A DNA stretch of 64,000 nt, taken from IMG/VR virus record IMGVR_UViG_3300045988_126619, positions 32,001 to 96,000 of that record. One strand, given 5' to 3'. The notes beneath the pieces were generated by a model. The model was given only the letters and a program-made list of their open reading frames with translations, was not told where the DNA came from and made no database searches. The stretch is from a virus. Of the stretch, positions 44,966-54,346 are shown piece by piece. Within the stretch, counting starts at the first letter, position 1. Every line of letters begins with the position of its first letter. The position numbers and the translations under genes were made by a program.

Positions 44966-45445
44966 ATGAAAAAATTTAACAAAGGTGATATAGTATTATG
45001 TAAGAATGTTATAGGAGCAAACTACATTTTATGTAAAGTAATTGATGGAAATTATTCAGATAGGGCAATAGAGGTGCAAGTATTAAAAAATAACGCTTAT
45101 ACAGTAGTTAGCTTGATTTACTGCAAAAAGGTTACACAAAACACTATCAAAAAAGAAATACAAAGGGAATTAATAGCAAATGGAGTGACTAAAGAAGATT
45201 TAGATAACAATGTTTTTGAAGATTTTATTTCATTAGAGTTATTATGTGCTATAAAAGCATTTGCGTTAAACTTTGTTAAGTTGACAATATCTGATTTAAA
45301 GGCTATTAAGTATTGTGACGAATACGACAACGCAGAGGACTTTAAGCAAACAATTATATTTTCATTTTTTGATTACTTATTGGATAATGATAATATAACA
45401 ATAACTCAATTTAAAAATACAATTGTAAAGAATTTAACAGTATAA
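44966..45445 (+). CDS. hypothetical protein
   Basis: ORF track. Confidence 0.6.
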   Translation: MKKFNKGDIVLCKNVIGANYILCKVIDGNYSDRAIEVQVLKNNAYTVVSLIYCKKVTQNTIKKEIQRELIANGVTKEDLDNNVFEDFISLELLCAIKAFALNFVKLTISDLKAIKYCDEYDNAEDFKQTIIFSFFDYLLDNDNITITQFKNTIVKNLTV

Positions 45446-45460
45446 GGAGCGTGTAAAGAT

Positions 45461-45661
45461 ATGATTAAGTGTGTAAAGGAAATTAAGCCAAATGACGTAT
45501 TGGATTTAGGTGGTAACATTTTTAACAATACAAGGTCGGTTTGTACATTAGTAAGTTATGGAATATGTGGCGACACATACGAACTCAATTTAAAGTCGGA
45601 ACAAACTGGAGAATATTTTACTCAAGAATTTAAAAATACTGATAATATTGTGGTGTGGTAA
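45461..45661 (+). CDS. hypothetical protein
   Basis: ORF track, AAGGAGCG RBS. Confidence 0.55.
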   Translation: MIKCVKEIKPNDVLDLGGNIFNNTRSVCTLVSYGICGDTYELNLKSEQTGEYFTQEFKNTDNIVVW

Positions 45662-45674
45662 AGGAGCGTTAACA

Positions 45675-45860
45675 ATGAATAGAATTAATGATTTGATAGA
45701 AAAACAGTTTTTAACTTATGACGAACTTGCAGAACTAACACTCTCTAGTTATGTTGAAAGTGTTATTGACAATGGGAATAGTGGTTTACATTATGGATAT
45801 AAATGGTTTTCGGTTATAGTGAATGATTTTGACTTTGACATATACGTTAAATATGATTAA
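45675..45860 (+). CDS. hypothetical protein
   Basis: Track ORF trimmed to ATG 45675 after AAGGAGCG. Confidence 0.55.
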   Translation: MNRINDLIEKQFLTYDELAELTLSSYVESVIDNGNSGLHYGYKWFSVIVNDFDFDIYVKYD

Positions 45861-45874
45861 GGAGTGTAGGCAAT

Positions 45875-46141
45875 ATGTGGAAAAAGATATTTGATATTAA
45901 TAATCAATTAAAACAAGTTACAAACGATATTAAGGCAAGCGACAAGCAAATACACGCTATAGAGGTTAATAAGCAAGGATTATTATATATTAATAGTGTA
46001 ATAGGTGTGGCTAATGACGTGGCAACTGGAAATTATTGTTTGATAGGTGTAGTTGATAGTGGTTTGAGTTCAAATGATGAACGACTAAAGTTATACTTAC
46101 AAAATATAATAAATGAATACAATGAATTAAGAAGTGTATAA
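45875..46141 (+). CDS. hypothetical protein
   Basis: ORF track, AAGGAGTG RBS. Confidence 0.55.
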   Translation: MWKKIFDINNQLKQVTNDIKASDKQIHAIEVNKQGLLYINSVIGVANDVATGNYCLIGVVDSGLSSNDERLKLYLQNIINEYNELRSV

Positions 46142-46167
46142 GAGGTATTATTACCTCTTATTTTATT
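46141..46167 (+). terminator. rho-independent terminator
   Basis: AGAGGTA-TTAT-TACCTCT followed by a T-rich tail. Confidence 0.6.
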
Positions 46168-46441
46168 ATATCAATGTAAACGTTTAATTTTAGTGTCATA
46201 TGTACAGAATGATAAATAATACATTATTAATACTGCAACGACTGTATGAAGCTGACAAGGGCAAAATATTTGATATTACGTTGTATTATATTGTTGTTAG
46301 AATACTATATAATACATTTATTAGCTAATATAAGCGTTTTTGTGAGTTCTAATGAATAATTTATCATCTAATATGTTAAACCACTAATGTAAACGATATT
46401 ATGAATAAATAAAAAAATAATAAAAAGTTATTAAAAAGTTG

Positions 46442-46470
46442 TTGACATAAAATAAATTATAATATATAAT
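46442..46470 (+). promoter_or_regulatory. cassette promoter
   Basis: TTGACA-17-TATAAT with the motif in the spacer. Upstream box AAAAGTTATTAAAAAGTTG. Confidence 0.6.
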
Positions 46471-46538
46471 AATACTTGTAAGGAACAACAGAAACGGAAC
46501 GCCTTGAAAATATCAAGCAAACAGTAACAAAATTGTTC

Positions 46539-46567
46539 TTGACAAAGCACAAAATAAATGATATGAT
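46539..46567 (+). promoter_or_regulatory. second tandem promoter
   Basis: TTGACA-17-TATGAT, spacer AAGCACAAAATAAATGA. Confidence 0.55.
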
Positions 46568-46758
46568 AATATCAAGGAAAACAGTTCTTTGAAAAATAAA
46601 TATATAGATATTAGATTTACTTTGAAAAAGTTTATAACTTTAAAGAGTGCATTACAAGAGTGAATTGCTTATCTTAATTATTTATTTAATTTAATATATA
46701 GTAATGTTGTATATTAAATTAAGTAAATAAAATATTAAATATAAGAGGTTGAAGTAGT

Positions 46759-47097
46759 ATGGAAAAAATGTATTATATCAAATCTAAAAATTATGAACTT
46801 GCTGAAAGACAACAAGACAAATTACGTTATTTGTATGAAGAGTTAAATTATAATTACATTGTTGAAAACAATCCACAAGAATTAACCAAGGAAGAGTACG
46901 AAAAACAATTATCTGACATTTTCAAGGCTCAAGAACAATTAGACAATGCTATGAATAATGTACATTTTGAAGGGTTTAAAGCTAAAGCATATTGGAAATA
47001 TGTAGAGGTTATTAATTACTGGGCAAATGTTAAAGCTACAGAAATGCAAATAGTTTGCGACAAGCTAAGAAGTCAAGGGTTTACGGCTTGTATATAA
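46759..47097 (+). CDS. hypothetical protein
   Basis: ORF track; long about 190-nt leader. Confidence 0.55.
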   Translation: MEKMYYIKSKNYELAERQQDKLRYLYEELNYNYIVENNPQELTKEEYEKQLSDIFKAQEQLDNAMNNVHFEGFKAKAYWKYVEVINYWANVKATEMQIVCDKLRSQGFTACI

Positions 47098-47131
47098 ATT
47101 AGTAAAAATATTATGAAAAGGTGGTAATATT

Positions 47132-47620
47132 ATGAAAACAAAATTAGTAGTAAATGGATTAACTTTAAATATCGAACTAAAAACAAAGGTTTGCAGAGAT
47201 TATTCAGATTTCCAAGAAAAGGAAATGATTTGTTTGTCAATAAGTGGAAGCAAAAAAGGATATGGAAGAGGTCAATGTTTGGGCTATATTAAACAAAGAA
47301 TTTTAATGGGTTCATTTAATCCAAGACTTAAAAAGGCTCAAACTAATGAAGTATTAAATATTATAAACATATGGGAAAAGTATCATTTGAACGATATGAA
47401 AGCGGGAACTATAAACCAAGAAAAGTTCATCAAAGAAAACTATAAAGGTGCTTATGATTATAACAAAGTTTGTGAATTATTAAAAGAAAACAATCTTTTA
47501 GAAGATGTTTACATGAATTGTCAAAATTACAAATATGGTACATCTTGGTTATGTGAAGAAATACCAACAAGCGTTATAGATAGCTTAATGAACTCTATAG
47601 AGAATTTACAAAACATGTAA
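47132..47620 (+). CDS. hypothetical protein, paralog of 49667..50350
   Basis: VLNIINIWEKYHLNDM aligns with VLNIISIWEEYHLKSI. Both start MKT. AAAGGTGGTAATA RBS. Confidence 0.6.
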   Translation: MKTKLVVNGLTLNIELKTKVCRDYSDFQEKEMICLSISGSKKGYGRGQCLGYIKQRILMGSFNPRLKKAQTNEVLNIINIWEKYHLNDMKAGTINQEKFIKENYKGAYDYNKVCELLKENNLLEDVYMNCQNYKYGTSWLCEEIPTSVIDSLMNSIENLQNM

Positions 47621-47666
47621 TAATAAGTTGTCAGTATTTTTTTAGTAAAAACTTTATTAAAAAGTA

Positions 47667-47695
47667 TTGACAACACACAAAATAAATGATAATAT
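47667..47695 (+). promoter_or_regulatory. cassette promoter
   Basis: AAAACTTTATTAAAAAGTA-TTGACA-17-TAATAT with the motif in the spacer. Confidence 0.6.
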
Positions 47696-47743
47696 ATTAG
47701 TATAGTAAATAAAGAAAATAAATATAAAAGGTGGTAATAAATT

Positions 47744-48130
47744 ATGATGAAAATATCTAAAATAACAATGTATTTATGTAAATCTGAAAGAAGAAATAGC
47801 AAATGTATATCTAAAAGCTTGGATATAGTTAAGACTAGTACGCCAACAAAGCTAAAATCACAATTCAATAAAGAGGATATAATAGACTTTATAGACAAGG
47901 TCGTTTGTTGTAGAGAAGATTATCCAGTAATTAGATTTACAGTATTTGACGGAAATTTCTGTTTATCTAATTGGAATACGAGAAAAATACACGGAAATAT
48001 TGAAGAGGTAATAAACTGTATTTATAAATATATGCAGTATTTGAATGGTAAAGAGTTCGATTTTACCTTGGAAGAACTTCATAGCGATAAGCGTGTAAGA
48101 TATCATATAAATAAATATTATCATGGTTAA
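47744..48130 (+). CDS. hypothetical protein
   Basis: ORF track, AAAGGTGGTAATAA RBS. Confidence 0.6.
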   Translation: MMKISKITMYLCKSERRNSKCISKSLDIVKTSTPTKLKSQFNKEDIIDFIDKVVCCREDYPVIRFTVFDGNFCLSNWNTRKIHGNIEEVINCIYKYMQYLNGKEFDFTLEELHSDKRVRYHINKYYHG

Positions 48131-48174
48131 TTAATAAGTGGTCAACATTTTTAGTAAAAACTTTATTAAAAGTG

Positions 48175-48203
48175 TTGACACAACATAAAATAAATGATAT
48201 AAT
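48175..48203 (+). promoter_or_regulatory. cassette promoter
   Basis: AAAACTTTATTAAAAGTG-TTGACA-17-TATAAT with the motif in the spacer. Confidence 0.65.
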
Positions 48204-48252
48204 AAGTACATAAACTAAATCAAATAAATAATATGAAAAGGTGGTAATAAGT

Positions 48253-48852
48253 ATGATAAATGAAAAGGTAGTAGCATTATTAAATGAAGTATTTGCAGGT
48301 GAAAGCATTGATAGTATTGAATTTTGGGATGATAACACAATAGTGGTTGATGGACAAACATTTCTTGTGTTAGATGATAGCGAAGCTGATGAATATTACA
48401 ATGATTATCAAAAGGAATTAATTGATGAAGTAGGTCTTGAAGGTTTTAGCGGTAGTTTCCAAGATTGGATAATTGACAATTGTATTGACGAACAACATTT
48501 CTTTGACATTATGAATGAAAGTAATGAATGTTACTTGGATGATATCGAAGTAGAATGTTCAAATACTGGAGAATATGACAATAGACTAGAAGAAGAAATA
48601 GCCGAAAATGGTTGTGCAGATAGGGAGGAATACTTAAATTTCCTTAATAGTAATTATGATAACGCCATAGAATGGTATAGATTTAATTTTGGCAATGAAC
48701 AATTCAAAGACTACATTAAAGATAATGACTATGTTATTGATTGGGATTCAGTAATTGAAGAGTGCAAAAGCGTTGACGGTAGAGGAACATTATCAAGCTA
48801 TGACGGTGAAGAAATAGAGTTGGAAAATGGATTTTTTGCATATAGATGTTAA
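48253..48852 (+). CDS. strongly acidic hypothetical protein
   Basis: Start moved to ATG 48253 after AAAGGTGGTAATAA. Very D/E-rich. Confidence 0.6.
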   Translation: MINEKVVALLNEVFAGESIDSIEFWDDNTIVVDGQTFLVLDDSEADEYYNDYQKELIDEVGLEGFSGSFQDWIIDNCIDEQHFFDIMNESNECYLDDIEVECSNTGEYDNRLEEEIAENGCADREEYLNFLNSNYDNAIEWYRFNFGNEQFKDYIKDNDYVIDWDSVIEECKSVDGRGTLSSYDGEEIELENGFFAYRC

Positions 48853-48949
48853 TTGAATATAGTTAAGAGGAATATAAACAAATATTCCTCTTATAGTGTA
48901 GTCAATTAAGGCAAACACAAAATAAATAATTAAAGGTGGTAATAAGATT

Positions 48950-49540
48950 ATGTTAAGTTTAAAGTATCAAATCTTAAAAGAAGGTATCAAGTTAATAAGC
49001 GATGAAATGGTGGAAAATTTAGGAAAACAAGAAAATTTAAAATTATATGATATTGCATTTAATGCAAATGACAATGATTATGAATCATATTTTTATGATT
49101 TTTGTGTTGACAATTACGAACAATTCAAAGAGGTAGAAGAGTCGTTCTATACTAAAAGAGAATATATAGGGCGTACAAGTTCTTTTTATATAGTTTCTAA
49201 TGGTGGTTTTATAGGTAGTTGCTACAATGGGAAGGATTATTCAAATCTAAGCAATTTAGATAAAAAAATAATGGTTATAGATGAATATTTAACAAGTCGA
49301 ATATCTGGAATGATTAACATATATGACGATATGAGCGTATTTGATGCTGACATAAGATATATAAGTGAATATGATGAAGACAGTCAAATAATAGAGGAAA
49401 TAATTGAAGATATGAAACAATACTTATTATCTAACTTGGAAGAAATCAACAACACTTATAAATATATTGCAAACTTTAAAGAGAACCAAGTTAAATATTG
49501 GGATGAATATATAGAATGTTTGAAATCAGAAGAGTTTTAA
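48950..49540 (+). CDS. acidic hypothetical protein
   Basis: ORF track. Motif variant 48917-48931 abuts the AAAGGTGG RBS. Confidence 0.6.
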   Translation: MLSLKYQILKEGIKLISDEMVENLGKQENLKLYDIAFNANDNDYESYFYDFCVDNYEQFKEVEESFYTKREYIGRTSSFYIVSNGGFIGSCYNGKDYSNLSNLDKKIMVIDEYLTSRISGMINIYDDMSVFDADIRYISEYDEDSQIIEEIIEDMKQYLLSNLEEINNTYKYIANFKENQVKYWDEYIECLKSEEF

Positions 49541-49566
49541 AAATTAATAAAAACTTTATTAAAAGT

Positions 49567-49595
49567 GTTGACATAAAATAAATTATACTGTATAA
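49567..49595 (+). promoter_or_regulatory. cassette promoter
   Basis: AAAACTTTATTAAAAGTG-TTGACA-17-TATAAT. A second motif copy at 49635-49649 precedes the RBS. Confidence 0.65.
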
Positions 49596-49666
49596 TGTAA
49601 GTATAGTAAATGATTAAAGCAAATCAAATAAAAAATAAAATAAATGATATGGAAAGAGGTAATAAT

Positions 49667-50350
49667 ATGAAAACTGTATTAAACTTAAAAACTATAACTT
49701 TAGAGGTGGAAATTAGAAACTGGAACGTAGAAAATGAATTGTCAATATGTGCGGAGTATAATGGTTCATGTGGTCAATGTTTAGATAGCATTAAAAGAGA
49801 TATTGACAAACTTAATTTTACAGACGTTGAAAAAGCAGAAGTTTTAAATATCATTAGCATATGGGAGGAATATCACTTAAAATCTATTCCAAGTGATACA
49901 ATGGTAAACTTACAAAACTCTATTGATAAACTACAAGGAATTATTGAAGAATATGCACAAAAGGATATAGACGATATTAAGGAGGAAATTAAAGAATATT
50001 TAAAAGACAATATTGAAGAAACTATAACAATTGTAGGTGAGATAAATAGCTGGAATGGTTGTTTAGAAGATTATGCTTTAAATGTAAATGATGAATATTT
50101 CTTTGAATCATACTTTGAAGGTAATCCATATGGAGTTGTTGAAGCACTTCACAACAATGATTATTATAGTATTAATGATGATTATGTTACATTTGATATG
50201 TATGGACATTTAGTATCATATAGTGAGTATGAATACCATGAATTACTAGAAGATAACATAGAGGAAATTACAGACGAACTTATTGACAATTTATCTCATG
50301 TATGTTTATCTGATGATTTACAAGAAATAGTTAACAAAATGTATGAATAA
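49667..50350 (+). CDS. hypothetical protein, paralog of 47132..47620 with acidic C-terminal extension
   Basis: Start moved to ATG 49667 (AGAGG RBS). Confidence 0.6.
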   Translation: MKTVLNLKTITLEVEIRNWNVENELSICAEYNGSCGQCLDSIKRDIDKLNFTDVEKAEVLNIISIWEEYHLKSIPSDTMVNLQNSIDKLQGIIEEYAQKDIDDIKEEIKEYLKDNIEETITIVGEINSWNGCLEDYALNVNDEYFFESYFEGNPYGVVEALHNNDYYSINDDYVTFDMYGHLVSYSEYEYHELLEDNIEEITDELIDNLSHVCLSDDLQEIVNKMYE

Positions 50351-50441
50351 TTGAATATAAATAATAGATATCTAAAAGGTATCTATTAATATGTATTCAA
50401 TATACATAAATAAAATATATTATAAAGGTGGTAATAAGATT

Positions 50442-50723
50442 ATGGATTATAAAAACATTTTTAAAGCAATTAAGAAACAACTTAAAGACACACACAATTA
50501 TGATTGTATTTCAATAGATAGCAGAAAGAAGACTATATTTTTAGACAATCTAAAAGGATATAACAGTATGACTAATTTCTTCAAAGGTCTTGATTATAGT
50601 CCAACAAATCATATTGTAATAAATGATATAGACTTTATTATAGTAGGTTTTGCTTACTGTGACGGAGTATTTTCAAAGGTTTTTATCAAAGAATATAACC
50701 AGTTTTTAAAAGATGGTAGATAA
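50442..50723 (+). CDS. hypothetical protein
   Basis: Start moved to ATG 50442 after AAAGGTGGTAATAAG. Confidence 0.55.
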   Translation: MDYKNIFKAIKKQLKDTHNYDCISIDSRKKTIFLDNLKGYNSMTNFFKGLDYSPTNHIVINDIDFIIVGFAYCDGVFSKVFIKEYNQFLKDGR

Positions 50724-50748
50724 TATATGAAAAGGTGGTAATATAAAA

Positions 50749-50889
50749 ATGTATAAGTTAAGAATTGAAGAGTTAAGAAGTAAGCAAGTATTAAATAAGG
50801 CTGAATACAGAGAATTAAAACGTCTAAAGGATATAACAGTCGTTGTTATTATAATCACGCTATATGGGGCAATTATCGCTATTCTGTAA
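50749..50889 (+). CDS. small tail-anchored membrane protein (46 aa)
   Basis: ATG after AAAGGTGGTAATA. C-terminal VVVIIITLYGAIIAIL. Below the track cutoff. Confidence 0.5.
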   Translation: MYKLRIEELRSKQVLNKAEYRELKRLKDITVVVIIITLYGAIIAIL

Positions 50890-50969
50890 AGTTTATATAT
50901 ATTCAGCATACTAATTAATAGTATGTTGAAATATGTATAAAACATTAATAAAAACTTTATTAAAAAGTG

Positions 50970-50998
50970 TTGACGTAAAATAAAATAAATGATATTAT
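50970..50998 (+). promoter_or_regulatory. cassette promoter
   Basis: AAAACTTTATTAAAAAGTG-TTGACG-17-TATTAT with the motif in the spacer. Confidence 0.6.
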
Positions 50999-51046
50999 AT
51001 ATACATAAGGTAACACAAAATAAATTAACGAAAAGGTGGTAATAGT

Positions 51047-51931
51047 ATGATAAAAGAATTAAAGGGCATTAAAATTTTAGAGGTTGTTGGAAGTGAACAA
51101 AATATAATTGAAGAAATCAATTTTGTTGATACAACTAATACTAAAGTTATTAGAGTTGAATTTATTGAAGATATGATAACAACTGTTGTAATTAAAGATG
51201 GAAGAACAAAACATTATAATAGACTATTAAAGAAGTATGAAAGAGTTGTTGATTATGTTTCTAAGCATTTAGCAGATATGAGAAACAAAGTCGCAGAAAT
51301 AGTTAACAAAGATTCAGAGGAAATTGAAGCAGGAGCAACATTTAGTAGCTTTTTACACAATAGAATATCAACTATGAAAAAAGATAATATTAAGATTCAT
51401 AAATATTGTTATTCTGATGATATTGTAGTAATGATTGACGATAAATTTACTTATGAATGTAGATTTGAACAAGATAGTGAATTTTATAGTAACTTAAATA
51501 AAATATTCAAGAAAACAGTTTGTATTACAATTGATGATGAAAATAATATTGTGGAAATTAAAATTGATTATGAAAATATCGAATTAAAACACGATGAAAG
51601 TGGACTTTATACACCCAATAAAAAATATGAAAATATTGTTAATGGAATTGTAAGAAGAAAAAACAAACTTTTAAATCAAGCAAGTGAAATAATTAAAATA
51701 GATAAAGTATGCGAACACAATTACGATAAAGACTATGCAATGTTATATATGAACGATATTGTTAAAAATGTTAATGTAGGGATAGAAAATGGTATATTAA
51801 TCAGTTATTCAAAAGGGCAATATAAAATATCTATTGGATTATCTGACTATTGTGAATTGAACGTAAATCTAAATCCTAATAGTAAACTATATCAGATGAT
51901 AAAAGACAAATACAAAGGATTATTTGAATAG
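51047..51931 (+). CDS. hypothetical protein
   Basis: ORF track, AAAGGTGGTAATAG RBS. Confidence 0.6.
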   Translation: MIKELKGIKILEVVGSEQNIIEEINFVDTTNTKVIRVEFIEDMITTVVIKDGRTKHYNRLLKKYERVVDYVSKHLADMRNKVAEIVNKDSEEIEAGATFSSFLHNRISTMKKDNIKIHKYCYSDDIVVMIDDKFTYECRFEQDSEFYSNLNKIFKKTVCITIDDENNIVEIKIDYENIELKHDESGLYTPNKKYENIVNGIVRRKNKLLNQASEIIKIDKVCEHNYDKDYAMLYMNDIVKNVNVGIENGILISYSKGQYKISIGLSDYCELNVNLNPNSKLYQMIKDKYKGLFE

Positions 51932-51945
51932 TGGAGGTGAGTAAA

Positions 51946-52338
51946 ATGAAGAAAATTGACAACGAAAATGATTTACAAAGATATTTATATAAAGATGGAT
52001 TAACAAAAGCTTATGGCTTAAATGATATATACGTGTCAAAAAGTGGTGCGGTTGTTAGCATTAAATTATTTAATAAAGGATATAGAATAAAGGATGTCAA
52101 TGTTAGTAAAGGCACAAAAGGACTATTAAAATTCAATTATTGCGAAAATGGAAAAGTCACAAGTATATTATTACACAAAATAATTTACGATACCTTTAGT
52201 ACAGATAAAAGTAGTCACGGAGAAATATGCTTTATAGATGGCGATAGTAATAATTGTAGTTTTAACAACTTAATAACTGTTAGTGAGTTGTTAGACTACT
52301 ACAAACAACACAATAATGTTAATAAATTAGTGGGATAA
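51946..52338 (+). CDS. hypothetical protein
   Basis: Start moved to ATG 51946 (GGAGGTGA RBS). Confidence 0.55.
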   Translation: MKKIDNENDLQRYLYKDGLTKAYGLNDIYVSKSGAVVSIKLFNKGYRIKDVNVSKGTKGLLKFNYCENGKVTSILLHKIIYDTFSTDKSSHGEICFIDGDSNNCSFNNLITVSELLDYYKQHNNVNKLVG

Positions 52339-52354
52339 ATAGGAGGACTGAAAA

Positions 52355-52534
52355 ATGTTAAATATATTAAATAATGTTACTTTAATTCTAGGATACTCAT
52401 GTTATGTTGTAATTGCTTATATAGCGTTTGTATTAGCTTGTATAAGAATTGAAAAGGCAATTAAAAGGAAGAGAAAAACAAAAGCGTTAAAGGAGCGTAA
52501 AAAAAGATTTATGGAGGTTTTAAAATCAGCATAA
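52355..52534 (+). CDS. small membrane protein (59 aa) with basic tail
   Basis: AGGAGG RBS. TM segment LILGYSCYVVIAYIAFVLAC, then a K/R-rich tail. Confidence 0.5.
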   Translation: MLNILNNVTLILGYSCYVVIAYIAFVLACIRIEKAIKRKRKTKALKERKKRFMEVLKSA

Positions 52535-52563
52535 AATAATCAATAAAGTTTTTACTAAAAGTA

Positions 52564-52592
52564 TTGACAATAAATAAAATAAATGATAATAT
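52564..52592 (+). promoter_or_regulatory. cassette promoter
   Basis: AAAGTTTTTACTAAAAGTA-TTGACA-17-TAATAT with the motif in the spacer. Confidence 0.6.
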
Positions 52593-52637
52593 ATAATCAA
52601 GGAAAACAAATAAATTAAAAAAGGTGGTAATAAGATT

Positions 52638-52982
52638 ATGTTAATGAATAAAATGAAAGAATTATATTTAAAAAATAAGTTTAAAAATGTTACACTTGAA
52701 AATTTTGATGATTTTGAAGATGAAATTTTTTACTACTTAAACATAGAAGATATCGAACAAAAATATATAAATCAAGCCAAAAAATTCGATGGTGAAAACT
52801 ATATGTTAAGTTGTTTTAGATATCTTATAGTTTACGATACAGAAAAACAAAAGTATACTGCGGGTATTTTAGAATACATTACGGAAAATGATGGAATACA
52901 AGAAATGGATTATTTAAAAGAAATGGAAATACGTATTCTAGGGGGAATAATAGAAAAAGAAAGAAAGAGTAAAGGGTGGTAA
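52638..52982 (+). CDS. hypothetical protein
   Basis: ORF track, AAAGGTGGTAATAAG RBS. Confidence 0.6.
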   Translation: MLMNKMKELYLKNKFKNVTLENFDDFEDEIFYYLNIEDIEQKYINQAKKFDGENYMLSCFRYLIVYDTEKQKYTAGILEYITENDGIQEMDYLKEMEIRILGGIIEKERKSKGW

Positions 52983-52986
52983 TAAT

Positions 52987-53205
52987 ATGAAAAATGTTTA
53001 TGGTGTAAAATTAACAAAAAAGGATATTGAAAATACAATATCAATAGCAATGGATTTACAAATGTATGGATATAATTTTGAATACTTTCATTCAGAATAT
53101 ACAGATAAGTTAAGTGAAGAAAACGCACTAAAATTATGGGATAAAGCAAAAGCGTTAAATAAAACAGTTACTAGGAAATCAATTGCAGAAATATATTTTT
53201 CTTAA
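52987..53205 (+). CDS. hypothetical protein
   Basis: ORF track, AAGGGTGGTAATA RBS. Confidence 0.55.
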   Translation: MKNVYGVKLTKKDIENTISIAMDLQMYGYNFEYFHSEYTDKLSEENALKLWDKAKALNKTVTRKSIAEIYFS

Positions 53206-53254
53206 AATAAAAAAAAGATTATTAAATTATTAAATTAAAAGGTGGTAATATAAA

Positions 53255-53632
53255 ATGAAAAACATGAAAAACTTATTTATAAAGGCTCATAGATTAACAA
53301 AGGAAATTAAATCAGAGTTCAAAGGGGTTGACTATAAAGCACAATTTGGAATATGTATAAAGTTTTTTAGAACAAAATCAAATGGTATGAGTGCATTTGT
53401 CGGAGCAATTGGACAACTATTTCAAAATGTAAAAATGAATGTTGAAAAAGTTATAACTTTTGCAAATGGTTCATACGGATATACTTTAAAAGATGAACAA
53501 GGGAACTTGTATAAGTGGTTAAGCAAGTTTGAAATAAAAGGGGTAGACGTATTCTTTAAAAGGTTCATTATTAAAAGGCACGTAACACAAAATGGAATAT
53601 GTTATAATTCTATTGGAAGGTGTTTAATTTAA
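53255..53632 (+). CDS. hypothetical protein
   Basis: ORF track, AAAGGTGGTAATA RBS. Confidence 0.6.
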   Translation: MKNMKNLFIKAHRLTKEIKSEFKGVDYKAQFGICIKFFRTKSNGMSAFVGAIGQLFQNVKMNVEKVITFANGSYGYTLKDEQGNLYKWLSKFEIKGVDVFFKRFIIKRHVTQNGICYNSIGRCLI

Positions 53633-53681
53633 AGGTGTTATTGACACAAAATACACTATAAATAAAAAGGAGATAACAAAA

Positions 53682-54113
53682 ATGTTGACAAATTTTAAGA
53701 TAATTGAAGAAAAGTTAATTGATAATATGGAACTTATAAAAAATAGTTCGGATATTAATAATATAGGAATTATTGAAGAAAAAACCATGATTAAATGTTA
53801 TAATAATAATACATTAATTTCTTGGTGTGTAATTTCTAAAACAACTGAAAAATTAATGAAAGACTTTTTTAAATATGATGTTAATTATTTAGAAGAAGAA
53901 GAAAAAGAACAATATACAAAAGATTTTATGAATTGTATTTATATAGATTTAATTAAAAGTGAAGTACCAAAACAAGGTGGAGCAACCGCAATAATTAGTT
54001 ATTTAAAAAATAAGTATAATAAAATATGGTTATATTCAACGTTTGAAGCTATGGATTTTTATGATAAAATGAATTTTAACAATTATGATGGTGAATATAT
54101 TTACTATATTTAA
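53682..54113 (+). CDS. possible GNAT-family acetyltransferase
   Basis: C-terminal ...QGGATAIISYLKNKY..IWLYSTFEAMDFYDKMNF resembles the acetyl-CoA-binding and FY.K.GF end of GNATs. Weak call. Confidence 0.35.
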   Translation: MLTNFKIIEEKLIDNMELIKNSSDINNIGIIEEKTMIKCYNNNTLISWCVISKTTEKLMKDFFKYDVNYLEEEEKEQYTKDFMNCIYIDLIKSEVPKQGGATAIISYLKNKYNKIWLYSTFEAMDFYDKMNFNNYDGEYIYYI

Positions 54114-54128
54114 AAGGAGTGTAAAAAC

Positions 54129-54344
54129 ATGGAATTAATAGTCGAAGCAAAAGATTTAAAATCAGATGATATATTATTAGATAGGGGAAATTTACAAGTG
54201 CAAACCGTAAAAACTAATTTTGCAGATAATAGAATAAGATATGACGATATTACAACAATTACTTTTAATGATGATTTTCCTAGTAACTTATATACAAGTC
54301 CAGACACAATGTTTAGAATTTTTAGAAGAGATATGGAGGAATAA
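54129..54344 (+). CDS. hypothetical protein
   Basis: ORF track, AAGGAGTG RBS. Confidence 0.5.
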   Translation: MELIVEAKDLKSDDILLDRGNLQVQTVKTNFADNRIRYDDITTITFNDDFPSNLYTSPDTMFRIFRRDMEE

Positions 54345-54346
54345 AA

